64,000 nt of DNA from the NCBI GenBank assembly GCA_964658305.1, contig OZ210885.1, positions 19,344,001 to 19,408,000 of the forward strand. The letters are read 5' to 3'. The notes below the pieces were generated by a model. It was not told the DNA's origin. It saw only the letters and a list, made by a program, of their open reading frames with translations, and made no database searches. Positions 51,874 to 64,000 of this stretch are shown here, piece by piece. The position numbers were made by a program, and so were the translations under genes. The stretch's first letter is position 1. The number at the start of each line of letters is the position of its first letter. The stretch is from Leptogorgia sarmentosa. Its lineage: Eukaryota.

Positions 51874-53814
51874 GGTATTTTTTTAATTTCTTCGGAAATT
51901 GGAATAAACGCAACCAAATTGGAATAAACGCAATGTTATATTATTCACTATTCAGTAATCGCACTTATTCATAGATACACATCACATGACGTGATCACAT
52001 ATGCTCTCAATCCCCCTGAATCCCCATTTCTGCACTCTGCCTTGCCATTTCACGTCTGCGATTTCACCATAATATCCTGGTAGTGATCCTAGTAATCAAT
52101 GGGGGGGCCTGACACGCTTAAATACATTGCGATAATACGATTGCTTTGTCAAAAGGTTTTCCACGTTTACCCTTTCTATATCTGCGTACGTAGACCACCT
52201 TTGCCTGCGATGATCATTTCAAATTTTCATATACACATCTTATATGTCACCAAAACGCGACTTTGTATGTATAAATTGATATCGGAACTTGACGACATAT
52301 GATATCACATTTTATGTTATTGCGTATTTACAATACAATTGGCTTTCTAAAAACCAAATTTACCCTTTGCAAAACAATAATGTGATAATATATTTATATA
52401 CACTATATTCTCTGCTCTCCATTCATGCAGCATTTGCCTAGACGCTCAAGTGTATGATCGGTATGCCCGTTAGTTCGAAACAGAATACTTCAAACTATAT
52501 ATGATTTCGTTTGTTTTGTCTTGTCTCGCGCTTAATAAACGCACAAACTCGTTTAATTACAAAATTTATTTTCCTGGGATTTTGAATGTTTCAACCAATC
52601 TGTAAGGCGAAGCGTCAAAATATAGTAGATATTCCGTGATCACAAATTCACAATGACACCGCGGGTCCGCGGGCAGTCCAAACGTGTACAAATGTGTCAC
52701 TACCAACACGCTAAAGAATCGTTGGGAAAATATACGCGCAACTTTGGCAAGACATTAAACTCTTCCATAATCTTAAATATTCGCTGTATTCAAGATAATA
52801 CAGTGTATAATTTGCGTCATGATATTTTGCTTTGGTATCATTTGCGTCATGATATTTTTGCTTTGATGAACTAAATTCTAGAGCAAATCATATCTTGCCA
52901 ATGTATAATTTGCGTCATAATATTTTTGCGTATAAATTTCCTTAGTAAATAGCGTTCTAAACGATGTAAACACTTATAAATTAACCTCTATTGCTGTCAA
53001 AACACTCGTCGGTGCGGCCGTTACATTTTCTTTTTATCTGGCTATTCATGCGAAATAGAATCCATGGTCAAACACATCACCACTCTTTAGCTCGCGCCTA
53101 TATCAGTCGCCATTTTGTAATATGTAGCCCACAAGAACTTGCTTTGCCCTAGTGTTTAACATTTCCACATACACACAAACACACACACACACACACACAG
53201 ACCCGATAGCAATATATCTGTGTCACTGTGTGCGCAGATACAAAAATGTCCAATATCCTCACAAATATATTATCATAATACCTATCAAAGTCAAATTCAT
53301 TTATATACACGATCGCATCATGTACTGGACATGCATATTCAAAAGGTTATTCTACCCTGCATCCTGCAGCTAGACTACAATAGATGTTTTTAATATAAAT
53401 AATATAGTACAATAAACCAAGCTCTACAGCTATTGAATGAATGCATTTATGTTGGGTATACTGTATTTGTACTAAACTAAGTAGTGATTTTCCCACCCAT
53501 GCAATCATCACTGACAGTATATGTACACCTTTGAAAATGTGCTTTTAGGCCCGTTTCATACGCCGTACTTCACATGTGCCGAACTCAATTCAAGAATTAA
53601 GTACGGCAAAAGTACGGCGTATGAATCGAATTAAGTTCGACAAATTAATTAAGTTCGGCAAACGGATTGGGTTCGACATAGCATGTCGCATTATTCGACT
53701 TTGGAGCGGCAACTGATTCAGACGGCGAACTTCACATGTGCCGAATCAAATACATAATTAACAAAATAATTAAAATGACTAATTTTTCCCGAAAAGCACT
53801 TCGGCCTTCTCAAT

Positions 53815-55337
53815 ATGGCGGACAGAACGGAAGAGATGGAAGAATGCTCTGGCTGTTTTATTGAAACGAAATATTGTTGTATTAAATGTAAGAAAGCCGT
53901 TTGCAATGTGTGTAGTACCCCAGAGCTCGACGAGGATACAGATGGGTGGATTTGCGGCAAGCAAGTAGCATATTGCTACACATGCAAGAGAAAAAGTAAT
54001 TTTTTGAAGCGAAAGTCGGTCATTTCAGGCGCTGTGCCCAGTGACGGAGATAAGAAAACATTCGCATCGGCAACCAGGTATATATCACGTCGACTCTGTT
54101 AGCAGGAATTCTAACTCAATGGGTATAGCGGACTTTTTTGTTGAGATATATTTTTGGAGTAATCTTGTTAGGATCGGTTTATTCGGTTAACAATGTAGTT
54201 TTGACTTGTAGTTTTTGTTGGCATATTCGCGCCTGCATTTAAAAACGAACTGGAATAAACCAGTCTAAACTACTATAAACCTGAATCAGCCAGGTTTATG
54301 CCACCCCTTTTTCAAATTTTCATGAAGCAACTTCATGCAACAAAACCTCTGCAGAGTTTTTCCCTTGGGATTCGCTTGCAAGGTAATGCAGCTATATATA
54401 TTACCTTTCTCCTTTAAGTCAGCAGTCTGATGATCAAGATTCCTCATCACAAAGTGGTGATGATGATTATAATGATGGTGATCACATCAAACAAACAAAA
54501 AAAGGAGGAAAAATGAAAAAGCCAGGTAGAAAGACAATGTGGAGCCAAACACTGTTGGATGATTTAGTGGACATCATTATTTCTAGTGATTACTACAAGA
54601 AGAAATTAATCTTCACAAACACAAAAAATCAGAGGAATGGGGAAATTTATGCAAAAGTATTAGCAGAACTCAAGGAACGTGCTAAAACAAGAAAAGAAGA
54701 GGTACCCTTTAACACTACCCAAATTCGCACAAAATTCAAAAAAATCAATTCAGAATGCAAAGGTGTTGCACTTAGAATCAAAACTTCAACTGGGGTGAAA
54801 AGGTTCATTGAGGAGAAGGACTATGGAAAGTGGTTTAATGATTTGTTTGCCATAGTGAAGACCCGTGATGCTTGTCGACCAGAACTTTCAGTAGAACCCT
54901 CATGTTCTGAAGAAAGCTCAATATTGTCAAATGAAGATCAAGCATCAACATCATCTTCTGCTGAGATAAGAAAAAAGTTGATGATTAACAAGCCGGAAAG
55001 GAAGAAAAAGAAACAGGATGTCATTAACGAAACATTAAATCTTATTAGGAGTGCAATTGAAAATGATCCAACAAAGGAAGTACTATCTTTCTTGAAGGAG
55101 GAATCAGAAAAAGCCAGAGAGCACGAGCTAAAAATGATGCAGATGCTTACTCAGAGTTCAAATACTCCACAACATCATCATCAACAACAACAACAACAAC
55201 AACAGCCATACAATGCCCAATTTTATGGATATTCATGTGTAGGAAACAATCAGAATATTCAAGAAAACACACATTTGTTTAATGCACAAACTCTCAGTCA
55301 AGAGAATGTTTGGCAGCCTAGGTTTCAACATCATTGA
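53815..55337 (+). CDS. Harbinger Myb/SANT DNA-binding protein, probably spliced (Cys-rich exon about 53815-54077 plus exon about 54419-55337)
   Basis: WSQTLLDDL...QIRTKFKK trihelix/Myb pattern and a polyQ tract; upstream CxxC-rich exon; GT at 54078 and AG near 54418. Confidence 0.78.
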
Positions 55338-55632
55338 CATTATATTTGATTGGCCTTCAAAAAATTTGGTGTTAAGATTTGCTTCAAAAATGAAACAAGA
55401 GTAAATTAAACATTACTATGTTATCAATAATGAAAATAAATCCAGAATTAGTTTTGAAAACAGTTTTAATGGCCAATTAGGGTAATATGTAAGTTCCATA
55501 TTCAGTTCATATTTGTAATAAATTATTCATATTCCAGTTCATATTTGTAATAAATTATGTTTTAAACAACATTAATTTTTTCCAATGAAAATCAAAATGA
55601 ATGTTAAATGTCACTGTCATACTGACACCAAT

Positions 55633-56925
55633 CTACTGTTCATCAAACAGCAAGTTAGCAAGTACATTTCTAACCTTTTTTGCTTGTTCATTAGAATTTC
55701 TAATTTTCCTACACTTGGTCATGTGTAGTTCATCTCGAATATCTTCACTGGATTTTCTAGCATTAGTATTTGGATCAATAGTAAGATCCAATGCAAGAGG
55801 TATTTTATCACATTTTGCAATGCAAATGTTATGTAATATCATGCATGCTAGTGTGGTTATGGTGACTTCCTCTGGAGTGCTCTCATTCTTTCTTAACAGG
55901 ATTCTCCATCTTCCCTTAAGCTGACCAAATGCCCCTTCTGTAACCATTCTGGCCCTGCTTAGTCTATAATTAAAATATTTCATTTTGTCATTCAGAACAG
56001 CTTCTGTGTATGGCTTTAATAACCATGGCTGTAAAGGAAAAGCTGAATCTGCAACAATTAATGGACTGATATGTACCCCATCAACTAGTCTTCCAATACT
56101 TGGAATGCCTTCTTGATTTTGAAGTTTATCCCACATATCTGTAGCCTGAAAGATAGTTGCATCGTGGGAGTTTCCAGGAAAGCCACAGCTCCCCCATATG
56201 AACCTATACTTTGAGTCTACCATGGCAATAACAACAACTGAATAAAAGTTTTTAAAATTGTGGTACTCTTTAGCTGCTTCAGCCCCACCTGACGGGCACT
56301 TGATTGGGATGTGACACCCATCCAATGCACCCCAACAGAATGGAAATTGCCACATATTGATCATATTTTCCATCAACTGCTTATAGTCTTCTTCGGAAAC
56401 TGGAGTTAAATTCGCAACCGAATCATTCCACAAGTTTTCGACAATAGCCTGAGACACTTGTGATACTATCCCTTGAATTGTCGACACTCCTAAGCCAGAC
56501 ATTTCTGATATAGTATAATAATAATCACCTCTTGCTAAACGATATAAGCATATACCAAGACGACATTCAGGGGATATTGGCTCTTCGTTAACTTCGTGTC
56601 GCTCTAACTCATGGCGAATATGAGTTAAAATGAACGTGAATGTATCTTTTGAAACCCTAAATGTTTTTTTAAAACGTTCATCTGAATAATTATTCCACAC
56701 CATCTCCCACCAGCCATTGTTTCTTCCAAGTCTTCGGCATGAGCGATGAACTTCTCTTCTTTGTAAATAAATTTGAAGAACATTGAGCAAGGCAATTAAT
56801 ATTTGTAAGCGCTTTTTTCTCATTGAAATAATGAGTAGGGAAATGCTTCTCAACTTTTTCCTTCGCTGTTTAGCTTTAAACATCATCGTTTTAAGAGCAA
56901 GCCTGAGGCATTCTGTGTTCGCCAT
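55633..56925 (-). CDS. Harbinger DDE transposase (HARBI1-like)
   Basis: GALDGCHIPI, GNSHDA, ADSAFPL, FNYRLSRARMVTEGAFGQLKGRWRIL, CMILHN. Confidence 0.95.
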   Translation of the reverse strand: MANTECLRLALKTMMFKAKQRRKKLRSISLLIISMRKKRLQILIALLNVLQIYLQRREVHRSCRRLGRNNGWWEMVWNNYSDERFKKTFRVSKDTFTFILTHIRHELERHEVNEEPISPECRLGICLYRLARGDYYYTISEMSGLGVSTIQGIVSQVSQAIVENLWNDSVANLTPVSEEDYKQLMENMINMWQFPFCWGALDGCHIPIKCPSGGAEAAKEYHNFKNFYSVVVIAMVDSKYRFIWGSCGFPGNSHDATIFQATDMWDKLQNQEGIPSIGRLVDGVHISPLIVADSAFPLQPWLLKPYTEAVLNDKMKYFNYRLSRARMVTEGAFGQLKGRWRILLRKNESTPEEVTITTLACMILHNICIAKCDKIPLALDLTIDPNTNARKSSEDIRDELHMTKCRKIRNSNEQAKKVRNVLANLLFDEQ

Positions 56926-57336
56926 ATTGAAATTGAATTTCGCGGGCTTTACAAGTCGGAAACACTCGGAAGTCGGAATTGTGATTAAAACTCGGAATTA
57001 AGTCCGACATTAGTTCGGCGTATGAATCAATTGCCTTTCCAAAGCCGTATTTAATACAATTGAGTTCGGCACATGTGAAGTACGGCGTATGAAACGGGCC
57101 TTAGTTATAAAAACATTACACAACACACTTGGTATAAACAATGTAACATATAATTGTAATATAAATATATTAATATATTTGTGAAACTGTGTAATTATCT
57201 TGAGCACTTGACTTTGTATATTCACTCTGGAATAGGAATGGAAAATTGAGTCATCCATGGTTGTGTGCTAAAAGTCTCTAACTTTTTCAGTCTATCAACT
57301 TTGTCACATTTTTCATAAGACACATGACAATTAGAT

Positions 57337-57748
57337 TTGTCTATCACCTCACAGTAATAGACAAATCTGATTGGTCGAAACTTTGTCGCCCAACAACAAT
57401 GCAAATCTAATTTCTGACGAAGAATTAATGCAGAAAAGACAAGATTTGCATAACAAAAACACTATAAAAAGTGAGAACGATGCAAATATAAAGTTGGGAG
57501 CGTATTTGAAGGCTCGTCGGATTGAAAACTATGAAGAATAGGTTACTTTCAGTGCAGACAAGGTGTATGACTTGTTTTGTGAAATTCAAATTTGCTTATA
57601 GCTCGGTGATAGACAAAATCCTTGTTCCGAAGGTCTGTCGGGGTATACGAGATTTACCCCTCGAAGCCTGGAGCCAAAATTCTATACGAATTCTGGCTCC
57701 AGGCTTCGAGGGGTAAATCTCGTATACCCCTCAGACCTTCGGAATAAG
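57337..57748 (+). mobile_element. Non-autonomous hairpin element (possibly Crypton-derived)
   Basis: tttgtctatcacc pairs with ggtgatagacaaa next to a 129-bp hairpin (57620-57748). Internal peptide SDEEL...NKNTIKSE..A...AYL resembles Crypton N-termini. Confidence 0.5.
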
Positions 57749-59704
57749 TGTTAGTGACTGGGTAATTACAATATTAATATTAATAGCTTCAGCCAATTAC
57801 TATCATCCCAGTCTCATCTCTACAGTACATATATTTGTACTGTTTGTGCTCTTCTCAAGTTGAGCTGGTAAACCTTCTACTGGATTGACTTGCATGGGCT
57901 GCTATAGCAACTCAGTTTTCCCTGTTGAGGGAGAGGGGTCACTTCACAATTTTCCATGAACAACCCCAGGATCAGTTGTTGTTCAGCCGGTGGATGAAAA
58001 GAGCAATATGACACCCATGCACCTGTAATAAGTAACAATATATAAATAAGAAGATAAAAGAACAGAAAAAAATTAATAAGGCCCTTTTGGGGACATTAAC
58101 CATCTTAAAAACCCATAATAATTTAGCTGTAATATGGAATAAGTGTTTGGTCGTAAAACCTGCGTGAGGCGACAGCTGATGTCAAAAAGCAACATGTAAA
58201 TAGCAACCCAAAATTAAAATATACATTAAGCCTAAAAAACATTGTTTCAAATACCGATATTAAAATATTCCTGTGAAACTAATTGAACACCTGATGTAAT
58301 AGATACCAATAAATATTGCTACTAATTCACGAATTATTCAACAAAATAAGGCGAAGTACCATTTTAAGTGAAATTTCTCATCACGGGGAGGGGGCTAAAA
58401 CCATATGGTTTTAGTTCATATATTTGTCTTCATGCTCAGAAAAAATTTAAAAAATCGAACCACAGGAATTTGCGATTTTTAAGTTTAAAAATTGTGAACA
58501 GAAATCAAATTTAGCTGTCCTGTTGAAATGACACCCCGATATTTGATGATAAAAATGAAGCAGTAATTAACGTTTACCTCACTTAAAATTCCAGATATCC
58601 AAGGTTCAACTCTTCCTTTTACAGAATCCTAGCAACTCCAGCATCAAATTTGAATAAAATACGCAAAATTTGAATAGTTTTGTGCGCTATGCAATTTTTT
58701 TGTTAAAAATCCTCGCAAAGGCAATGTGAAAATGACACGATTTGATTGGTCGAGAAATTCATGTGACAGCTGTCCAACCTCCTCTGGGACTAGGAAACTC
58801 CGAATATTGACAACATGATTTATTTCAACGAAATATGGTTCCTTTAATCACTGTCACCTATGTAGCACATATATTTGTATTTTGTAATATTTGTTCTTAT
58901 TTATTACTGCAATATACAGTATATACAATTGTTATAACTTTTTTGTATGATTAAAATCAATTATTATGAATATGTCTGTTATTTCCATAGTCGATGGCTA
59001 TTGTTTTCTTTAACAGTTGGTATTCATATGACAAATGCATGGGTTCATTAATGATTAGCCCACTGATAAGCTAAAGTGAAACAAAATACTGCTGTGCTGT
59101 TTCAACATTGCATTTATGCATCATTATTATCCTACCAATATTAATGGATGGTCACGGACATTGTCCGGTACAAATTCACAATTTTAACCATGTTGACAGG
59201 TGTTATTTCGATTGTGTCGGTCACTTTGTTCGGTACAGCATTTTTAAAACAAATTAATTTTGGGACAGTGAGCCTTAAATCAATTGTCTCTTACTTACCT
59301 GGTTTTCATAAGAAATTTTAAAATAATTTAATTGCAAAAGATGCAAATCGAGCTTGTTGACAGCACTATGGTGGCCTATAAGTGCCATAACAGTTGCAAC
59401 ACTTTTTTATTAAAAATTATTCAATTATTATTGCATTTATATAGTTTATAATAGTTTATAATAGTCTATAATTGTTTAGAATTATAAAATTGTTTTACTT
59501 TATTGTAAACAAATTGTGTTTTATTTTTTAAGAAATCTTTTAAATCTTGTTTTGTTTTCTTTCGGTTGTTTTGTATCAAATCATTTCAGTTATAAAATGA
59601 AAACAAAACTTAACAGGGCATATGGCCTATGAGGGCCATAGCCCACAATCCCCTCTGGGCACAGTTGACAGTCCCAAATATATTTTGTACTACATAAAGT
59701 ATAT

Positions 59705-60985
59705 ATGGTGACACATTGGCCATGCTTTCTTAATTTCTACGATTCTGAATTCTGTCCACTTCGAAAAGCTACTTTCTTTCCTACCACACAAATAAAAGTG
59801 ACCAAACGAAACTTCAAAGAGGATTTTGCAAAGTTTAAAGAGAGGGTCTTGAAAAAGAGGCGAAAAGAAGATACAACATCCAAATCGGATATGGAATATA
59901 TTACAGTACAAAGATTGTCTTCGCATGTCGAAGGACGGTATCAAAAGTATGCAAGGATTGGGCGATTAGCAAGTGTTCCTCTCGGTCGAGAACCCACAAT
60001 CCAGAATATTAAAGAGGCTTGCAAGCGCTACTTCAACGTGGAGGATGGATTTAAATGTGATGTACTAGCTGGAGAGAGGGAACCATCTTGGACAGAGACA
60101 AGCCAGATAAATAACTGGAAGGTAATCCATGTCCGTTTTATTGAAGGGTGTGAGGTAAGCCAGCTGTGTGATGAAAAGCCCATAGAGATCAGTTCCAGTC
60201 AGCAGTGGAAATCTCAGGGAACCCCTACGAAAACAGCCCCCTCTACATCCACCAAAGTTCCCGCTTCTGTACCTCTTAGTGCTATGGTTAAACTTGGCAA
60301 AATAATTCTACCTACTGATAAAATAGTTACAGTACAGCTTGAAGATCAACCATTTCAAGCCACACTCTCTCTTGCCAAAGAGAAATTTTCGAGTGGCAGT
60401 GTCAGAGATGCTTACATTGCTACGCCTTTGTCAGGTTTGAGTCCTGGGAAATATGTGTTGAAAAAAGTCCAGGAAGAAAAAGTCAATGAAATTGAGAAGC
60501 TATTCAAGTCAATTGAGGAGCATACAATAAAAGTAGTCCAAATGAATGCACTTGTAACAAACTTTGCTCTGACATTATCCAGTGAGGCACCAGTTGAATA
60601 TGGGCGTGTCCTAAGTTACACCAAAGTTTACTTTGGAAGGCTCTATGGTGAGTTTGTAACATTGGAAAACTACCTGGAGGGAGAATTCAAAAAATATGTC
60701 AATAACACTGGTGATGTTTTTGGAATGGGAGAAATAACTCTTAAGGCAGAGTCATTCAGTCACTATATCTATGAAAGGTCAGGACAGCAACTTATTGTTT
60801 TAGACATCCAGGGAGTAGATCATAATCTCTTTGACCCTGAAGTTGCCAGTTCAACTCTTATCGATTCTAGTGACAAGACAATTTTATTCTGCTGTGGTAA
60901 CCTTTCTACAGATGCTATTGATAAGTTTAACGATGAGCATGTTTGTAACAAATTTTGCCACATGCTTAAGCTAAAAGAAATGTAG
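59705..60985 (+). CDS. Alpha-kinase (eEF2K/MHCK/TRPM-type atypical kinase)
   Basis: FSSGSVRDAY, YVLKK, ENYLEGEFKKYVNNTG, FSHY.YE.S..QLIVLDIQG, DPE, GNL...HVCNKFC. True start uncertain. Confidence 0.9.
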   Translation: MVTHWPCFLNFYDSEFCPLRKATFFPTTQIKVTKRNFKEDFAKFKERVLKKRRKEDTTSKSDMEYITVQRLSSHVEGRYQKYARIGRLASVPLGREPTIQNIKEACKRYFNVEDGFKCDVLAGEREPSWTETSQINNWKVIHVRFIEGCEVSQLCDEKPIEISSSQQWKSQGTPTKTAPSTSTKVPASVPLSAMVKLGKIILPTDKIVTVQLEDQPFQATLSLAKEKFSSGSVRDAYIATPLSGLSPGKYVLKKVQEEKVNEIEKLFKSIEEHTIKVVQMNALVTNFALTLSSEAPVEYGRVLSYTKVYFGRLYGEFVTLENYLEGEFKKYVNNTGDVFGMGEITLKAESFSHYIYERSGQQLIVLDIQGVDHNLFDPEVASSTLIDSSDKTILFCCGNLSTDAIDKFNDEHVCNKFCHMLKLKEM

Positions 60986-61429
60986 ATTATATATAGTAAG
61001 TGTAGAGTGTTATGGTTCAAGTTTCATTAACCACTAATTGATAACCTGCAAAGCATTTATGGGTTCTTTGGAGGGACAACACAAAGTGGGAGGAAACTTT
61101 AGGAGTTGAAATTGAATCAAGAATATATTATAAAAATGCCTCATTATCTTTAACAAACAACCTCGTGATTTCTTTGCATTATTTGTCCTACATCTTATGA
61201 CTGGCTTTGTCTATTGCATTGTCCCTCCAAATAATCCATTTGCAGTCTTCATTAGGAAATAGCTAATTTATTTATTAATATTGTATTATGGTTCAAATTG
61301 AGGGGTTTTAATTAAATAAAGGATTTAACTTTAGTTTGCATGATAAATTTCTGTTTATGATGAACTAAAAGATGTCAATAAAACATTTTGGTTGTATCAA
61401 AATTTAAAAAACATTCTCATCAATATGTG

Positions 61430-63092
61430 CCTTTAAGTATAAGTAAGCATCCTTAGCATCATTTGTCTTGATTTCGTCTATTTTAGGTATATGCTTCTCA
61501 CATTCTTTACAACAGCTGATGTTAAGTAATCATCACTATGCTCCAAAACATTTGAGACCTCAGCAACCTCAAGCAGTTGTTCTTCCGTTATATCAATGCC
61601 ACACTGGTCACCACCATACTTCTCTGGAAAATGGAATATGTGCTCTGGAACTCCTGTTGGCAGTTCTTTTTCTTTTTGTTAGCGTGTCCTGTGGTTGTTC
61701 CAAACACACTCACGGAAAACGCCAAGTTCTCTCTGAACAACAGGGATATGCTAGTATGTCTCCACATAAAGTTAAGCAATGCATGCTCTCAGTAGTGATA
61801 TATTAAACATGTAACCACAATATAAGGGTCGTACTAATTACCGACAACTACCGTCAACAACCGACAATTACCGACAACAAGCTCACAATTACCAACAACC
61901 ATAGATATAGGAAGCCTAGATTGCTGACGCCGTATAAAATGTGTGGCAACTTTTGAAAATCAAAGATGGCTGCTCAACCGGTCAAATTAATAGGAGCTAG
62001 TATAGGAAAAACCATGTTTTTCGCATTTTACGACCGCATAACGTTTCCGATCACGTTCTAGCACCATTTTTCGGAAAAACTACCCATGCTGAAGGTTGTA
62101 ACCACACATAAATGCAGTGTATTACTGGTCATTCTGATCACTGATCCATTCTTTCGAGAAGCTCCCTCCACCATCTCTCGATTTTGTTTTGGGTGGATGG
62201 ACCATAGAGTATAGCATCTAATGGATCATCTAAATCGCCATTTTTTTTCTGAGGAAGCAATAAATTGTTGTCATTACATCCGTTTCTGTCCCTCTGTCCA
62301 CCCTCAATGTCTGTGGTAAAACTGCAAAAACAACATAATGCAGCATTCCATATATTATACTTACAAATGTATGATGATTATACAGTATTTGTATGCAGAT
62401 TTCATGCCCAAAAAAACAAATTATAAATAATGCACAACAATACAATTAAAAGGTTCCTACCCCTAGACTCAAACAGATATTCCAAGTAGAACCTTCCTAT
62501 CACCATAGGGTTATTATTAGTTGTCCACACTCTAAGGAAATTCATCCTACCACTGTAGGTATCAAGCCCACCAAGAAGACAAACTTACAAACTTTTTGCA
62601 TTTATTTCAGTAAGCATTCAATAGGGCATCCTCTCTTCAATAGGGCATCCTGTCTATTAAGCCTCTCCTCTCACTGAAGTCACATGTAACGAATGTGAGT
62701 CAACTCGCCCCACATACCAACTTGGCCTTCAGTCGTTCTGGGTCTGCTTCCCCCATTACAGCATATACCAAATCGCGCGAAGCATCGAGCCCATGTACCT
62801 CTCTAACTTTCTGCTGCATTGCTTGATAACCTAGAAGAACGCCTGGACCGTCTAATTCTTTTTTAACAGCTTTCTTGACGTCTTCCGATTCATTGGAATA
62901 GTCGGTGTAATTGATTTCGCAGTGTTGAAGCCTACGACTTAAACTGCAAATGCTCCATGCATACATTGGATAATCCGCAATCATGAAGTCTAAAATCTCT
63001 TGACGTCTTAAATTCTGCCATACATATTTTTCAAGGTCTTGTCTCATCTCTTCATCATTTTCCCAATTGCTGTTCCTAATGCGTTCCACCAT
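61430..63092 (-). pseudogene. IS3EU transposase (integrase-like core), degraded
   Basis: GPG.LLGY.AM..K.R..HGL...RDLVY..M...DPE; LRVDRGTE; QNKIERWWREL at about 62155-62190. Frameshifts and stops present. Confidence 0.72.
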
Positions 63093-63542
63093 ATTTACCC
63101 AGAGACAATACTTTATGTAAGATAAGTACAAGATACCAGATACCAAGGATCATTGATGGCACCACTATGGCCCCCATAGGCCATGTGCCTTATTAAGTTT
63201 TATTTTTATTTTAAAACTGAACTGATTTGATACAAAACAAAACAAAACTGAAAGAAAACAAAACAGATCTAAAAGATTTCTTAAAAAATAAAACACAATT
63301 TGTTTCTAAACAATTATAAACTATTATAAACTATATAAATGCAACAATAATTGAATAATTTATAATAAAAAAAGTGTTGGAACTGTTATGGCACTTGTAG
63401 GCCACCATACAGCACGTATTTCACAAGTTTCACGAATATTTTGCAATCACGCTCCGTGCGTGCTTCAGTTATCTCGCATTCCTCGCGGGATTAAGCAATG
63501 ATGTGTGTCATTATCTTGCGCTATAATTGTCAAGCATGAAGC

Positions 63543-64000
63543 ATGTCAAAAAAAATAAAGTCATTTTTTAACAATACATGTACATCAGCCACTTTAGGCT
63601 GCAGTAAACAATGCACAACATCTGCAGCATCTGTATTTGCAAGCAACTCAGTAAAATCCATTCCTGCACAAAATAAAAGCCAAATACAGCACAATCGAGA
63701 TTTCTCAGAGACATGGATAAAAGGAACGTCAAACTTGCGTTTATCGAATGCTTCCGACCACTCGATGACAAAATGCCACGAAAATGCTTACAGATTATAT
63801 ATGAATGAATAAAGTCCAGTGGTAAACATGTTGATAATCTACTGAACCCGTTCAAACCAGCCATAGATCAATCAATGCTCCCAGATACATTTGGTAAATT
63901 AAGCAAAACTCAAGAAGAACGGGCAATTAAAAAGTTTGAAATCACTTATTATTTCATTACCAAAAAGTCATTACTTTTAACTGTTTACGAAGATTTAGTT
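63543..64000 (+). pseudogene. Possible hAT (ZNF862-like) transposase N-terminus, broken and truncated by the window edge
   Basis: WIKGTSNLRLSNASDHSMTKCH (TTF-type Zn-finger end); downstream FEITYY..K. Confidence 0.5.

Larger units (their letters stand above)
39615..53245 (-). mobile_element. Helentron (endonuclease-bearing Helitron), decayed; 3' end not located
   Basis: 5' terminus ttttgtatctgcgca..cagatatattgctatcg followed by (TG)n at about 53245-53170. Then OTU, 23-aa repeats, HUH Rep, Pif1 helicase and APE, all on the minus strand. Confidence 0.88.
53548..57100 (-). mobile_element. PIF/Harbinger DNA transposon, apparently intact
   Basis: 43-bp perfect TIR ggcccgtttcatacgccgtacttcacatgtgccgaactcaatt; TSD TTA; two convergent genes. 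Confidence 0.95.
59367..63409 (-). mobile_element. IS3EU DNA transposon carrying an alpha-kinase
   Basis: About 250-bp TIRs (59367-59641 and 63165-63409) with TAT...ATA termini; 6-bp TSD CAGCAC. Confidence 0.88.

Noticed and set aside
61835..61900. 10-bp accgacaac repeats inside IS3EU
   Set aside because: Probably the subterminal fragment of another TE, but no boundaries can be supported.

Overview
AT-rich eukaryotic DNA with spliceosomal introns, probably from a marine invertebrate (the TE repertoire looks cnidarian-like; this is inference). It is a dense nest of transposable elements with no recognisable ordinary host gene. From left to right: a broken tyrosine-recombinase/Myb ORF; a complete Kolobok DNA transposon (974-7181); a foldback palindrome interrupted by a young two-gene IS630/Tc1-type element (8827-12734; SAM/Zn-knuckle ORF plus DD38E transposase); a minus-strand run made of a helicase-like remnant, an endonuclease-less Penelope-like RT and an RPA70-like OB-fold gene split by a Gypsy element (18152-22668); an approximately 1.2-kb tandem unit carrying MITEs and an RTEX-like LINE (which contains a non-autonomous Helentron and a 2.1-kb inverted duplication); a decayed autonomous Helentron (2A motif-OTU-repeats-Rep-Pif1-APE) split by a DIRS element (40426-45120) and a solo LTR; an intact-looking PIF/Harbinger (53548-57100); an IS3EU element carrying an alpha-kinase (59367-63409); and the start of a hAT-like ORF. 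Element boundaries come from TIRs, TSDs and LTRs read directly from the sequence. Protein identities come from motif recognition only; no database search was run.
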